Shown here piece by piece: positions 1 through 11,952 of a stretch of DNA of 64,000 bases. Under the pieces are notes generated by a model, which was not told where the DNA came from, did not search any database, and worked only from the letters and a program-made list of their open reading frames with translations. The first letter of the stretch is position 1, and every line of letters begins with the position of its first letter. Source of the DNA: Pristiophorus japonicus. Lineage: Eukaryota. The position numbers and the translations under genes are program-made. The stretch is taken from contig NC_091984.1 of the NCBI RefSeq assembly GCF_044704955.1, positions 27,280,001-27,344,000 on the forward strand. The letters are read 5' to 3'.

Positions 1-358
1 CAGCCTCTTTGCATCCTCCTCACAGCTCACACCGCCACCCAGCTTAGTGTCATCTGCAAACTTGGAGATATTACACTCAATTCCTTCACCTAAATCATTA
101 ATGTATATTGTAAATAGCTGGGGTCCCTGCGCTGAGCCCTGCAGCACCCCACTAGTCACTACCTGCCATTCTGAAAAGGACCCGTTTATCCCGACTCTCT
201 GCTTCCTGTCTGCCAACCAGTTCTCTATCCACGTCAGTACATTACTCCCAATACCATGTACTTTAATTTTGCACACTAATTTTTTGTGTGGGACCTTGTC
301 AAAAGCCTTTTGAAAGTCCAAATACACCACATCCACTGGTTCTCCCTCATCTACTCTG
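1..358 (-). mobile_element. CR1 LINE reverse transcriptase fragment, cut by the window edge
   Basis: Minus strand reads FQKAFDKVPH...KFADDTKL; closely similar to 12590-12940 and 19930-20280. Confidence 0.9.
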
Positions 359-925
359 TAACAATACCTTTCATGATCTTAAAAACCTCTTATCAGGTCA
401 CCCCTCAGTCTTCTCTTTTCTAGAGAAAGGAGCCCCAACCTGTTCAATCTTTCCTGATGGGTATAACCTTCCAGTTCTGGTATCACCTTCCCAAGTGCCT
501 CTATAAACTTTATATAATATGGAGATCAGAACACTGCACATTACTCCAAGTGTGGTCTAATGAAGGTTCTATACAAGTTCATCATAACGTTTCTGCTAAT
601 CAATTCTATCCCTCTAGAAATGAATCCCAATGCTTAGCTTTTAGACCGAGTAATTACAGACCAGTCAGCCTAAACTCGGTGGTGGGGAAAATTATTGGAA
701 AGAATTCTGAAGAACAGTATAAATCATCATTTAGAAAGTTACGAATTAATCAAGGCCAGTCAGCATGGATTTGTTAACAAAAGGTTGTGTCTGACCAACT
801 TGATTTGAATTTTTTGAGAACGATCAATGAGGGTAGTACATTTGATGTAGTCTACATGGATTTTAGCAAGGCCTTTGGAAGCTTGGTCAAAAAAGTAAAA
901 GCCCAAGGGATCCAAGGGAAAATTG
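359..925. mobile_element. Two decayed CR1 fragments in opposite orientation (- about 359-638, + about 639-925)
   Basis: + part encodes PSNYRPVSLNSVVGK and DVVYMDFSKAF; - part resembles the ORF2 C-terminal region. Confidence 0.75.
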
Positions 926-3900
926 GCTCAGTGCTCTGCCATTCAATAAGATCATGGCTGACCTCCGACCTCAACTCCACTTTCCTGTACTATCCCATAT
1001 CCCTTAATATCCAAAAATCTATCGATCTCTGTCTTGAATATACTCAACGACTGAGCCTCCACAGCCCTCTTGGGTCGAGAATTCCAAAGATTCACCACCC
1101 TCTGTGTGAAGAAATTTCTCCTCATCCCAGTCCTAAATGGCCAACCCCTTATTTTGAGACTGTGACCCCTGGCTCTCGACTCCCCAGCCAGAGGAAGCAT
1201 CCTCCCTGCATCTACCCTGTCAAGCCCTGTAAGAATTTTGTATGTTTCAATGGGATCACCTCTCGTTCTTCTAAACTCTGGAGAATGTAGGCCTAGTCTA
1301 CTCAATCTCTCCTTACAGTCGACCCATCCCAGGAATCAGTCTGGTTAACCTTTGTTGCACTTCCTCTATGGCAAGTAGATCCTTTCTTCAGTCAGGAGAC
1401 CAAAACTGTACATATACTCCAGGGTCTCACCAGGGCCCTATATAATTGCAGTAAGACGTCTTTACTTAAATCCTCTTGTAACAAAGGCCAATATACTATT
1501 TGCTTTCTTAATTGCTTTCTGTACCTGCATGTTAACTTTCAATGATTCGTGTACAAGAACACCCAGGTCCCTCTGAACACCAACATTTCCCAATCTCTCA
1601 TCATTTAAAAAATACTCTGCTTTTCTATTTTCCCGACCAAAGTTGATAACTTCACATTATATTCATTTTGCCATGTTCTTGCCCACTCCCTTAGCCTGTC
1701 TATTATCCCCTTGAAGCCTCATTGCATCCTCCTCGCAACTTACATTCCCACCTAGCTTTGTATCATCAGCAAACTTGGATATATTACATTTGGTCCCCTC
1801 ATCCAAATCATTGATATAGATTGTAAATAGATGGGGCCCAAGCACCGATCCTTGCGGTACGCCACTAGTTACAGCCTGCCAACCCCACAATAACCCGTTT
1901 ATTTCTACTCTCTGTTTTTTGTCCATTAACCAATCCTCAATCCATACTAATATATTACCCCCAATCCCATGAGCATTAATTTTGTTTAATAACCTCTTGT
2001 GTGGCACCTTATCGAATGCCTTCTGAAAATCCAACTACACCACATCCACTGGTTCCCCCTTATCTATTCTGCTAGTTACAACCTCAAAAACCTCAAACAG
2101 ATTTGTCAAACATGATTTCCTTTTCATAAATCCGTGTTGACTCTGCCCAATCCTATTATTCTTTTCTAATCGCCCTATTATTACATCCTTAATAATAGAT
2201 TCTAGCATTTTCCCTACTACTGATGTTGGGCTAACTGGTCTGTGGTTTCCCGTTTTCTCTCTCCTTCCTTTCTTAAATAGCGGGGTTACATTTGCTACCT
2301 TTCAATCTGCAGGAAACGTTCTCGAATCTATGGAATTTGGAAAGATGACAAACAATGCACCCACTATCTCTCTCTATAGCCACCTCTTTCAAAACTCTAG
2401 GATGTAGGCCATCAGGTCCAGGGGATTTATCAGCTTTCAGTCCCATTAATTTCTCCAGTACTATTTTTTTTACTAATACTAATTTCTTTCAGTTCATCAT
2501 TCTCGCTCGGCCCTTTGTTCTCCACTATTTAGGATTCTTCCTTGAAGACAGATGCAAAGTATTTGTTTAATTTCTCTGGCATTTACTTAGTCCCCATTAT
2601 AATTTCTCCTGTCTCAGCCTGTAAGGGGCCCACATTTACTTTCGCTAATCTTTTTCCTTTTTACATATCTATAGAAGCTTTTACAGTCTGTCTTTATGTC
2701 TCTCGCTAGTTTACTCATATATTCTATTCGACTGCTCTTTATCAATTTCTCGGTCCTCCTTTGCTGAATTCTAAAATCCTCCCAGTCCTCAGGCTTACTG
2801 TTCTTTTTGGTAACATTATAAGCCTCTTCCTTTTATCTAATACTATCTTTAACTTCTCTTGTCAGCCACGTTTGGATCACTTTTCCTGCGGGGTTTTTGT
2901 GCCTTAAAGGAATGTATGTTTGTTGTAAATTATGTATTCTTTAAATGCAACCATTGCTTGTCTACTGGCATACCTTTCAATGTAGGTTCCCAATCTACCT
3001 TACCCAACTCGCCCCTCATACCTACGTAGTTTGTTTTGGTTAGATTTAAGACCCTAGTTTTGGATTGAACTAAATCACTTTCAAACTTAATATAAAATTC
3101 TATCCTATTGTGGTCACTCTTCCGCGAAAGGCCCCTTTATTACAAGTTTATTCATTAAACCTTTCTCATTGCACAATGCTAGATCTAAAATAGCCTGTTC
3201 CCGAGTTGGTTCCTTAACATACTGATCTAGAAAACCATCTTGTATACATTCCATGAATTTGTCCTCCATACAATACTGCAAATTTGGTTTGCCCAGTCTA
3301 TATGTAGATTAAAGTACCCCATGATTAATATATTACCCTTGTTACATGCACCTCTAATTTCTTGACTTATACTGTGCCCTACAATACCAATACTGTTTGG
3401 GAGCCTATAAACAACTCCCAACAATGTTTTCTGCCCCTTGCTGTTTCTTAGCTCCACCCAAACTGATTCTACTACTTGATTTTTGGAGCTAAGATCCTTT
3501 CTCTCTACTGTCTTTATTCCGTCCTTTATTTTCAGGGCTACTGCTCTCCTTTTCCATTTTTGCCTATCTCTTCTAAAAGTTACTTTGCAACCATGTCTCT
3601 GTCATGGTTATTGGATCAAACCTATTAATTTCATCTGCGCTATTCATCCATTTTGTTGCGAATGCTTCGCGTATTCAGATATAGTGCCTTTAGCTTTGAT
3701 TGTTTTCCATTTTCCTCCTGATGTCATTTTAGTCACCGATGCCTTATTACCTTTGTTACTCTCTGCTTATTTTTACCCAAAACTCTGCTCTGCCTTGACA
3801 TTTCTCTTGCTGCTTTTAAATGTACTCTTTCCAGAATCCTCCCACCCCCACTTCATTAGTTTAAAGTCTTGTCTACTGCCCTAGTTATTCGATTCACTAG

Positions 3901-4580
3901 GCCTGGTTTCAGCCCGGTTCAAGTGGAGCCCGTCGCAACAGAACAGCTCCCTCTTTTCCCAGTAATGGTGCCAGTGCCCCATGAAGCAAAACCCCAGCCT
4001 CCCACACCACTCTTTGGGCCATGCATTTAACCTTCTAATCTGCCAATTGGTGCCTGGCTCAGATAACAATCCAGAGATTATTACCTTTGAGGTTCTGCTT
4101 TTTAATTTGGATCCCAACTCCTCAGACTCTCTCAGCAGAACCTCGTTCTTGGTTCTCCCTATGTCGTTGGTTCCTTTGTGGACCTCAGCAACTGGATCCT
4201 CCCCTTCTCACTCCAGCTTTAACCCTAGCACCGGGCAGGCAACACAACCTTCGAAACTCCCGGTCACGGCTGCAGAGAACATTATCTATCCCTCTGACTA
4301 TACTGTCCCCTACCACAACCTTCCCTTTCACTCCCCGCACTTGAATGGCCTCCTGCACCATGGTGCTGTGGTCAGCCTGCTCATCCATCCTGCAGGCTTT
4401 TCCGTCTTCCGCACAGGCAGCAAAAACTTCATACCGTGTTGGATAAGGGCAAAGGCTGAGGCTCCTCCAACACTGCACCCGGGGTCCCCTTACCTGTCTG
4501 AGTTGCAGTCACACCCTTCTGTCCCTGACCACTAACCAGACTGTTACCACTACCCAACCTAAAGGGTGTGACTGCCCCTA
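926..4580 (-). mobile_element. Long decayed CR1 LINE: 3' part of esterase ORF1 plus ORF2 (APE endonuclease, RT)
   Basis: ORF1 VVVGDSIVRG...CCLPGARV and KVIISGLL; endonuclease LLGVVYRLPN; [18 protein letters not shown]; C-terminal RRNFFTQRVVNLWNS. Confidence 0.9.
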
Positions 4581-4996
4581 ATGGTTGCTGTTTTTATTTG
4601 ACTGGAAAGTTGTTTCCAGTGGGTTTCCATAGGGCGCAGTACTAGATCCCTTGCTTTTTGCAGTATATATCAATGATTTAGATTTCAGTGGGCACGATTA
4701 AGAAATTTGCAGATGATACATAAATTGGCCGTATGATAGTGAGAAAGATAGCTGTAGATTGCAGTGGACGGGTCAGGTGGGCAGAAAAGTCCAAATAGAA
4801 TTCCATTCAGAGAAGTGTGAGGTAATGCATTTGGGGAAGGCCAACAAGGCAAGGGACTTTGGAGTGCATGTCCACCGATCCCTGAAGGCAGCATGACAGG
4901 TAGATAAGGTGGTTAGGAAGATATGTGGGATACTTTCCTTTATTAGCCGAGGCATAAAATGTAGGGAGCTTATGCTGGAACTGTATAAAACACTAT
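4581..4996 (+). mobile_element. Old CR1 RT fragment
   Basis: Degenerate gtatatatcaatgattta, aaatttgcagatgatac and ctgtataaaacact motifs. Confidence 0.7.
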
Positions 4997-6537
4997 GGGT
5001 TAGAATTTCCAAACAATCCGCCAGCGCCCGATTGCTGCCCAAAATTCGCTAAGATTCCCAAAATTATCGCTGGTGAAAAATTCCCCCAAAAAAGAAAAAC
5101 ATTTGCCCAGTTTAAAAAATGGGCGTCGCACCCCAATTCTCGGTGAAAAAATAGAATAGAACAGAAGAACACAAGAAATAAGAGCAGGCCATGTGGCCCC
5201 TTGGGCCTGCTCTGCCATTTACTACGATCATGGCTGATCTGATCATGGACTCAGGTCCACTTCCCTGCCCCCTCCCCATAACCCCTTAGTCCCTTATCAG
5301 TTAAGAAACTATCTCTGTTTTAAATTTATTCAATGTCCCAGCTTCCACAGCACTCTGAGGCAGCGAATTCCACAGATTTACAACCCTCAGAGAAGAAATT
5401 CCTCCTCATCTCAGTTATTCTAAGATTATGCCCCCTAGTTCTAGTCTCCCCTATCAGTGGGAACATCTGCTCTGCATCCACTTTGTCAAGCCCCTTCATA
5501 AATTTGTACGTTTCGATAAGATCACCTCTCATTCTTCTGAATTCCAATGAGTAGAGGCCCAACCTACTCGACCTTTCCTCATAAGTCAACCCCCTCATCT
5601 CCAGAATCAATCGAGTGAACCTTCTCTGAACAGCCTGCAAAGCAAGGATATCCTTTCTTAAATATGGAAACCAAAACTGTCCAGGTGTGGCCTCGCCAAT
5701 ACTCTGTATAATTGTAGCAAGACTTCTCTGCTTTTATACTGCATCCCCTTTGCAATAAAGGCCAAGAGTCCATTGGCCTTCCTGATCACTTGCTGTACTT
5801 GCATACTAATTCTTTTGTGTTTCATGCATTAGTACCCCCAGGTCCCACGAAACTGCAGCACTTTGCAATTTTTCTTCATTTAAATAATAATTGCTCTTTG
5901 ATTTTTTTTCTGCCAACGTGCATAACCTCACACTTTCCAACATTATACTCCATCTCCCAAATTTTTGAACACTCACTTAGCCTGTCTATGTACTTTTGCA
6001 GATTTTTTGTGTCCTCCTCACACATGCTTTCCCCCCCATCTTTGTATTGTCAGCAAACTTGGTTACGTTACACTCAGTCTCTTCTTCCAAGTCATTAATA
6101 TAGATTGTAAATAGTTGGGGTCCCAGCACTGATCCCTGCGGCATCCCACTAGTTACTGATTGCCAACCCGAGAATGAACCATTTATCCCGACTCTCTGTT
6201 CTCTGTTAGTTAGCCAATCCTCTATCCATGCTAATATATTACCCCCAACCCCGTGAACTTTTATCTTGTGCAGTAACCTTGTCAAATGCCTTCTGGAAGT
6301 CCAAATACACCACATCCACTGGTTCCCCTTTATCCACCCTGTTCATTACATCCTCAAAGAATTATAGCAAATTTGTCAAACGTGACTTCCCTTTCATAAA
6401 TCTGCCTGACTGAATTATGTTTTTGCAAATGTCCTGCTACTGCTTCTTTAATAATGGACTCCAACATTTCCCAACCACAGGTGTCAGGCTTAACTGGTCT
6501 ATAGTTTCCTGCTTTTTGCCTACCTCCTTTTTTAAAT

Positions 6538-6806
6538 CATCATCATAGCGGTCCCTCGAAACAAGAATGACTTGCTTCCATGCCAAAAAGGGATGAGTTC
6601 ACAGGTGTTTCAATGAAGGACCTAATATTGCAGATCCTGAACTACATCCTGAGGGATGGAAGATGCCTGTGCATGGATTTTTTTGACGTGTGGTGGCCGT
6701 TGCACACCAGCCACCACACGGGCTTGTCAGAGCTAGGTCTTGGTCCAGTGGCTTGGGTTACCCAAGACGACTGAAGACCTGCTCTGCTGCACGGACTTAT
6801 TGGGCT
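6538..6806 (-). mobile_element. Short non-autonomous element with an RTE-type 3' end (5'-truncated copy)
   Basis: (cat)n tail plus gacttgcttcca, shared with the RTE 3' ends at 25781 and 53392; body matches 55065-55330. Confidence 0.75.
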
Positions 6807-7130
6807 AGGGGCATTACATTTGCAGTTTTCCAATCTGCTGGGACCACCCCAGAATCCAGGGAATTTTGGTAAATTACAACCAATGCATCCACTATCCCTG
6901 CTGCTACTTCTCTTAAGACCCTAGGATGCAAGCCATCAGGTCCAGGAGATTTATCCACCTTTAGTCCCATTGTCTTACTGAGTACCACCTGCTTAGTGAT
7001 TGTGTTAAGTTCCTCCTCCCCAATATAGCCTCTTGATTATCCACTGTTGGGATATTTTTGTGTCCTTTACCGTAAAGACTGATACAAAATATTTGTTCAG
7101 AGTTCTGCCATCTCCATGTTCCCTATTACT

Positions 7131-7423
7131 ATGAGGAAAGACTGGATCGACTAGGCTTATATTCACTGGAATTTAAAAGAATGAGAGGGGATCTCATAGA
7201 AACATATCAAATTCTGATAGGATTGGACAGGTTAGATGCAGGACGTATGTTTCCGATGTTGGGGAAGCCCAGAACCAGGGGTCACAGTCTAAGGATAAGG
7301 GGTAAGCCATTTAGGACCGAGATGAGGAGAAACTTCTTCACTCAGAGAATTGTGAACCTGTGAATGGTGGTGCAGGCTCGAAGGGCCAAATGGCCTACTC
7401 CTGCACCTATTTTCTCTGTTTCT
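7131..7423 (+). mobile_element. CR1 3' fragment nested inside the minus-strand CR1
   Basis: MRGDLIETYQIL...RRNFFTQRIVNL; the host CR1 resumes at aattccccgg. Confidence 0.85.
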
Positions 7424-8689
7424 AATTCCCCGGTCTCGTCCTCTAAGGGACCAACATTAACTTTAGCCACTCTTTTCCTTTTTATATACCTATAGAAACT
7501 CTTGCTATGTGTTTTTATATTTTATGCTGTTTACTTTCATAGTCTATCTTCCCTTTCTTAATCATGTTTTTAGTCATTCTTTGCTGGCTTTTAAAAGCTT
7601 CCCAATCTTCTGTCCTCCTACTAGTTTTGGCCACTTTGAATCTTGGGCCGATTGGTCGGTTCTTAAAGAAAATGGTCGATAATTAATAAATTTACGGAAA
7701 ATTTACACCGAAGCTGCGGATTGGGCCTCCTGGAGGAGAAAAACACAGACAATATTTTTTCAAAAAACATAAAATAAAAAATCATTAAAAAATTCTCAGG
7801 ACCCTTTTCGCTTAAATCACCAAGAGAATTTTAAAATAATGAGGAAAAAAAACAATTACTTACCTTTTTACTTGCAGCTACTTACCTACCGCCCAGCTCC
7901 ACTGATTCTAGTGGGCGTTTTTTTTTCAAGTTACCTACGGGTCACCACTGAGCCAGAAATCGCGCCGCGGCGATCTGTGGACGATGCATGCCGGCGGACC
8001 GCTCCCCAGCGGTACTTCGAAACTGCCGGCGGAACTCAGCTGGGGAATTTCTCGCCGACCCGGTTCTTGCCCAAAACGACGAATGCAGCTGAGAATCTGG
8101 GCGATGAAGCACTGGAAATTCTAGCCCTAATACACAATTTCAGATCATAACCTCTGCCCATGTTTTTATTCCCCTTCCTCCTTTTTTTATTTACAACCTC
8201 CCCTTTTTTTTCTCTTTCCCATGGCAGCTGGTGATGATTCCACCATTCACACTCCATCTGGACTCATCTTTTGTTTCTTAACTTGTTCCGTTACCATCTC
8301 ATTTTTGCCCATCATCCGTTTGTCTCTTCAACCACTTCTGCCTTCTGTGTCAAAAATCAGCCTGAAATTTTTTTTAAATGTTTTTCTTCCAGTTTTGTCA
8401 TCTTGAACCATCTATTAATGAAAAGACACATCATATTTCTCAGCTAAATGAAGATATCTTGGGTTTGGAGGCAGAAGTAGAGGCTCAAGAAAAAGCACTC
8501 AGGTAATGTGCAGAGTCGTGGTGCAGTTTTTTGTTGGGTATTACAAGTTTTGGGTCTGCCGTCGATATTCTCTGTTACAGCAGTCGCTCTGAGCCTCTTG
8601 TGCTCAGGAGTATACCTGCACTGCCCAGCAGCACTCTTGCTGGAATCAAAAAGGTACGGTTTCAAGGCTCAAGCACATAATGAACACTG

Positions 8690-9020
8690 AGGAATTCCTG
8701 CATTTTTGGAGGTGCCATCTTTCAGATGAGATATTAAATGAAGCCCCGTCCACTTGTACATGTGGCTGCGAAAGATTCCATTGCGCTAGTCAAAGTAGAG
8801 CACAAAGTTCTCCTGGTGTCCTGGCCAACATTCTCCCTGGACTAACAACAGATTAAATGGTTGTTCCTTTCATTTACAATTTGTCTTTGCTGTGTGCAAA
8901 TTGGCTGTTCCGTTTGTCTATCTAGTAATGTCTGCACTTCAAAAGTAATCATTGATTGTGAAGCATCTGGTGACATCCGGATGATGTAATGAGGTACCAT
9001 CTAAATGCAAGTTCTTTCTT
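8690..9020 (+). mobile_element. Old Deu-domain-type SINE (SacSINE1/AmnSINE-like) body with L2-type tail
   Basis: Aligns by eye with 24940-25285 (ggaggtgcc...ctggccaacatt...ttgctgtgtgcaaattggctg...aaatgcaagttctttc). Confidence 0.65.
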
Positions 9021-9301
9021 TACTCAAGTTAAGTAATGTAAAAATTAATCTAAAAAAATTAGTTAATTATGATTAATTGACGACCTTAATTTTAAGTTTT
9101 TTTTATTTGAAAGATATTTTTTTTTTCTTAATGGTGTGTTGTAATTTTTTGATAGTGTTTAACTGTAAAATCAATTACATCTCTTGTAAGCATTTGTAAT
9201 GTAGCTGCTGAATTAGCAAGTTCTTATTACATAAAATACCATAAATGTTTAGATGCAGAGTAAAGGTGGTGCTGATACTGTTTTTCTTCTTTATTAATAA
9301 G

Positions 9302-9430
9302 AGTTGCAGAAGAAAAATTGGAGGAGAGTCAATGGATGGTAGCTGAGAAGGACAAGCTCATGGAAAAATTGTCCGATGAATGCAAAAGAGTGAAGAATGA
9401 GCTTTATGAACAAAGTAGACGAGGAAAGAG
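9302..9430 (+). CDS. CCDC18: CCDC18 internal coding exon A
   Basis: taag|AGTTGCA...GGAAAGAG|gtagta; encodes VAEEKLEESQWMVAEKDKLMEKLSDECKRVKNELYEQSRRGKR; phase 2-2 and joins exon B in frame. Confidence 0.85.
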
Positions 9431-9754
9431 GTAGTATTCAATCGTGGAGCATGTCTCCTGGTCAGGATAACATTTTGCTATGTTAAAAGCGCTATACAAA
9501 TGCAAGTTGTTGTTGAACGATGCAACAGATTTTTAGGAGCTTGTTGTGGAGACATATTCTCCCAGGTTGTTTATTGAAACTCCACAAATAGAGAGGTTGG
9601 TTCACACTGCCAAATTTGTGTTGGTAAAATATGGAATTTAAATTCAAATTTAAAATGGTGTGAAATAAAAGATCAAAAATAATCCTGTTATGGGTAAATT
9701 CATCTGCCTGTGAGTATTGTGCCAACAAACATGTTTCAAGTAAGTTTTGATATT

Positions 9755-10659
9755 TAGAAACATAGAAAATAGGAGCAGTAGTAGGCCATTCAGCCCTTCG
9801 AGCCTGCACCACCATTCAATATGACCATGGCTGATCCTCTATCTCAACATTATATTCCCGCTTTCTCCCCATACCCCTTGATGCCTTTTGTGTCTAGAAA
9901 TCTTATCTATCTCTTTCTTAAATATATTCGGTGAATTGGCCTCCACAGCCTTCTGTACTAGAGAATTCCACAGGTTCACCACCCTCTGAATGAAGAAATT
10001 TCTCCTCATCTCAGTCCTAAATTTCCTACCCCGTATCTTGAGACTGTGACCCTTGTTCTAGACTTCCAGCCAGAGGAAACATCTTCCCCACATCCAGTCT
10101 GTCCAACCCCGTCGGAATTTTATATGTTTCAATGAGATCCCCTCTCATTCTTCTAAACTCTAGTGAATACAGGCCTAGTCGACACAATCGCTCATACAAC
10201 AGTCCTGCCATCCCAAGAATCAGTCTGGTGAATTCGCCCAGGTCCCTTTGTACATCGACATTTCCCAAGCTATCACCATTTAAATAATACTTTGTCTTAA
10301 TGTTTTTCCTACCAAAATGGATAACTTCGCATTTATCCACATTATACTGCATCTGCCATGTGTTTGTCCACTCACTCAACCTATCTAAATCGACTTGCAG
10401 CAATTTTGCATTCTTCTCGCAGCTTACAATCCCATCTAGTTTTGTGTCATCAGCAAACTTGGAAATATATATACCCTGAAAAAGACCGGTTTATTCCTAC
10501 TCTGTTTCCTGTCAGTTAACCAATTTTCAATCCATGCCAGCATAATACCCCCAATCCTATGTGCTTTAATTTTGCATACCAACCTCTTGTGTGTGACTTT
10601 ATCAAAGACCTTCTGAAAATCCAAATACACTACATCCACTGGTTCTCCCTTATCTATTC
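9755..10659 (-). mobile_element. CR1 LINE 3' part with internal deletions
   Basis: tagaaacatagaaa tail; DVVYLDFQKVFDKV and WQMQYNVDKCEVIHFG motifs. Confidence 0.9.
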
Positions 10660-11952
10660 TGATACATCCTTACTACACAGTATAAATGCACACGAGGCCC
10701 CATGCTTGAGAGAAGGTCAGTCTGTGACCTGTCCTTTATTTCATAGCACTCAAGTGATGGAAGTGGGTGGAGCTTCCCCTTTTATATCTGAAGGTCTAGG
10801 TTAGGAGTGTCTCCCACAAGTTCACCACCTAGTGGTCAGTGTTCTCACAGTGTACAACTTAGGTCAGATTATACATGGGTTACAATGACTGTGATCCCAA
10901 AGTCTTAATGGGATCACAGGTTGAGTCTCTCTGGTGGTTTACGCTTCCTTGTAGAGCCCCTGAGTTGGGGCTCCGGTTGTTGGGCGCTGGCCTGAGTGTC
11001 TGCTGTTTGCGGTGCCTCAGGCCTGTCCAGACTGCCCACAGTGACTGGGCTCTCCTCCCTTTGGTTCCTGTGTTCGGTCACCTGTGGTGGAGTGAACTCT
11101 ACATCGTGTTCTTCCTCTGCTTCTTCTGTGGGGTTGCTGAACCTCCTTTTTGTTTGATCCACATGTTTGCGGCAGATTTGTCCATTGGTAAGTTTAACCA
11201 CCAGAATCCTATTTCCCTCTTTGGCAACCACAGTGCCTGCGAGCCAATTGGGCCCTGCAGCATAGTTGAGGACAAAAACAGGGTCATTTACATGAATACA
11301 TCGCGCCCTCACATTCCTGTCATGGTAGTCACATTGTGACTGGCGCCTGCTCTCGACAATTTCTTTCATGGCGGGGTGTAGAAGGGATAACCGGGTTTTG
11401 AGCGTCCTTTTCATTAGCAGCTCTGCGGGTGGAACCCCTGTGAGCGAGTGTGGTTGTGATCTGTAGGTCAACAGGAGGCGTGATAAGCGTCATTGTAGGG
11501 AACCCCCTTGGATTCTGAGCATCCCCTGTTTGATTATCTGCACTGCTCGTTCTGCCTGGCCGTTTGAGGCCGGCTTGAACGGTGCCGTTCCAACACGGTT
11601 AATTCCATTGCCTGCCATGAAGTCCTGGAATTTAGTGCTTATGAAGCACGGGCCATTGTCGCTGACCAAGATGTCCGGCAGACCGTGGGCGGCGAACATT
11701 GCCCGTAGACGTTCTACCGTGGCAGCGGATGTGCTTGAATTTAAAATGTCACACTCGATCCATTTGGAGTAGGCGTCTACTACAACCAAAAACATTTTCC
11801 CCATGAAAGGACCTGCGTAGTCCACATGGATGCGTGACCAAGGTTTGGTGAGCCATGGCCAGGGGCTAAGGGGGGCTTCCCTGGGCGCATTTCCCAGCTG
11901 GGCACACGTGTTGCACCTGCAAACACAAAGTTCCAGATTTGCATCTATCCCT
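10660..11952 (-). mobile_element. Ty3/Gypsy LTR retrotransposon remnant: integrase plus probable 3' LTR (about 10660-10890)
   Basis: Integrase motifs CxxC, RIHVDYAGPF, VSDNGPCF, SNGQAERAVQ and PHSLTGVPPAELL, ending PPERLNL*; LTR-like segment with AATAAA that ends in CA at 10660. Confidence 0.9.

Larger units (their letters stand above)
5160..7638 (-). mobile_element. 5'-truncated CR1 LINE containing two nested inserts
   Basis: KSPGPDGLHPRVLREVA, MPQGSVLGPQLF and LEFRRMRGDLIE motifs; 3' tail near 5160; same subfamily as 47445-49499. Confidence 0.9.
4997..8127. mobile_element. Harbinger-like MITE split by a CR1 insertion (arms about 4997-5155 and 7640-8127)
   Basis: TIR gggttagaatttcca (4997-5011) versus tggaaattctagccc (8113-8127), 14/15 match; CpG-rich arms. 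Confidence 0.75.

Noticed and set aside
9307-9310. Alternative acceptor TTGCAG inside exon A
   Set aside because: It lies 8 nt downstream and changes the entry phase; the upstream exon is outside the window, so it cannot be supported.
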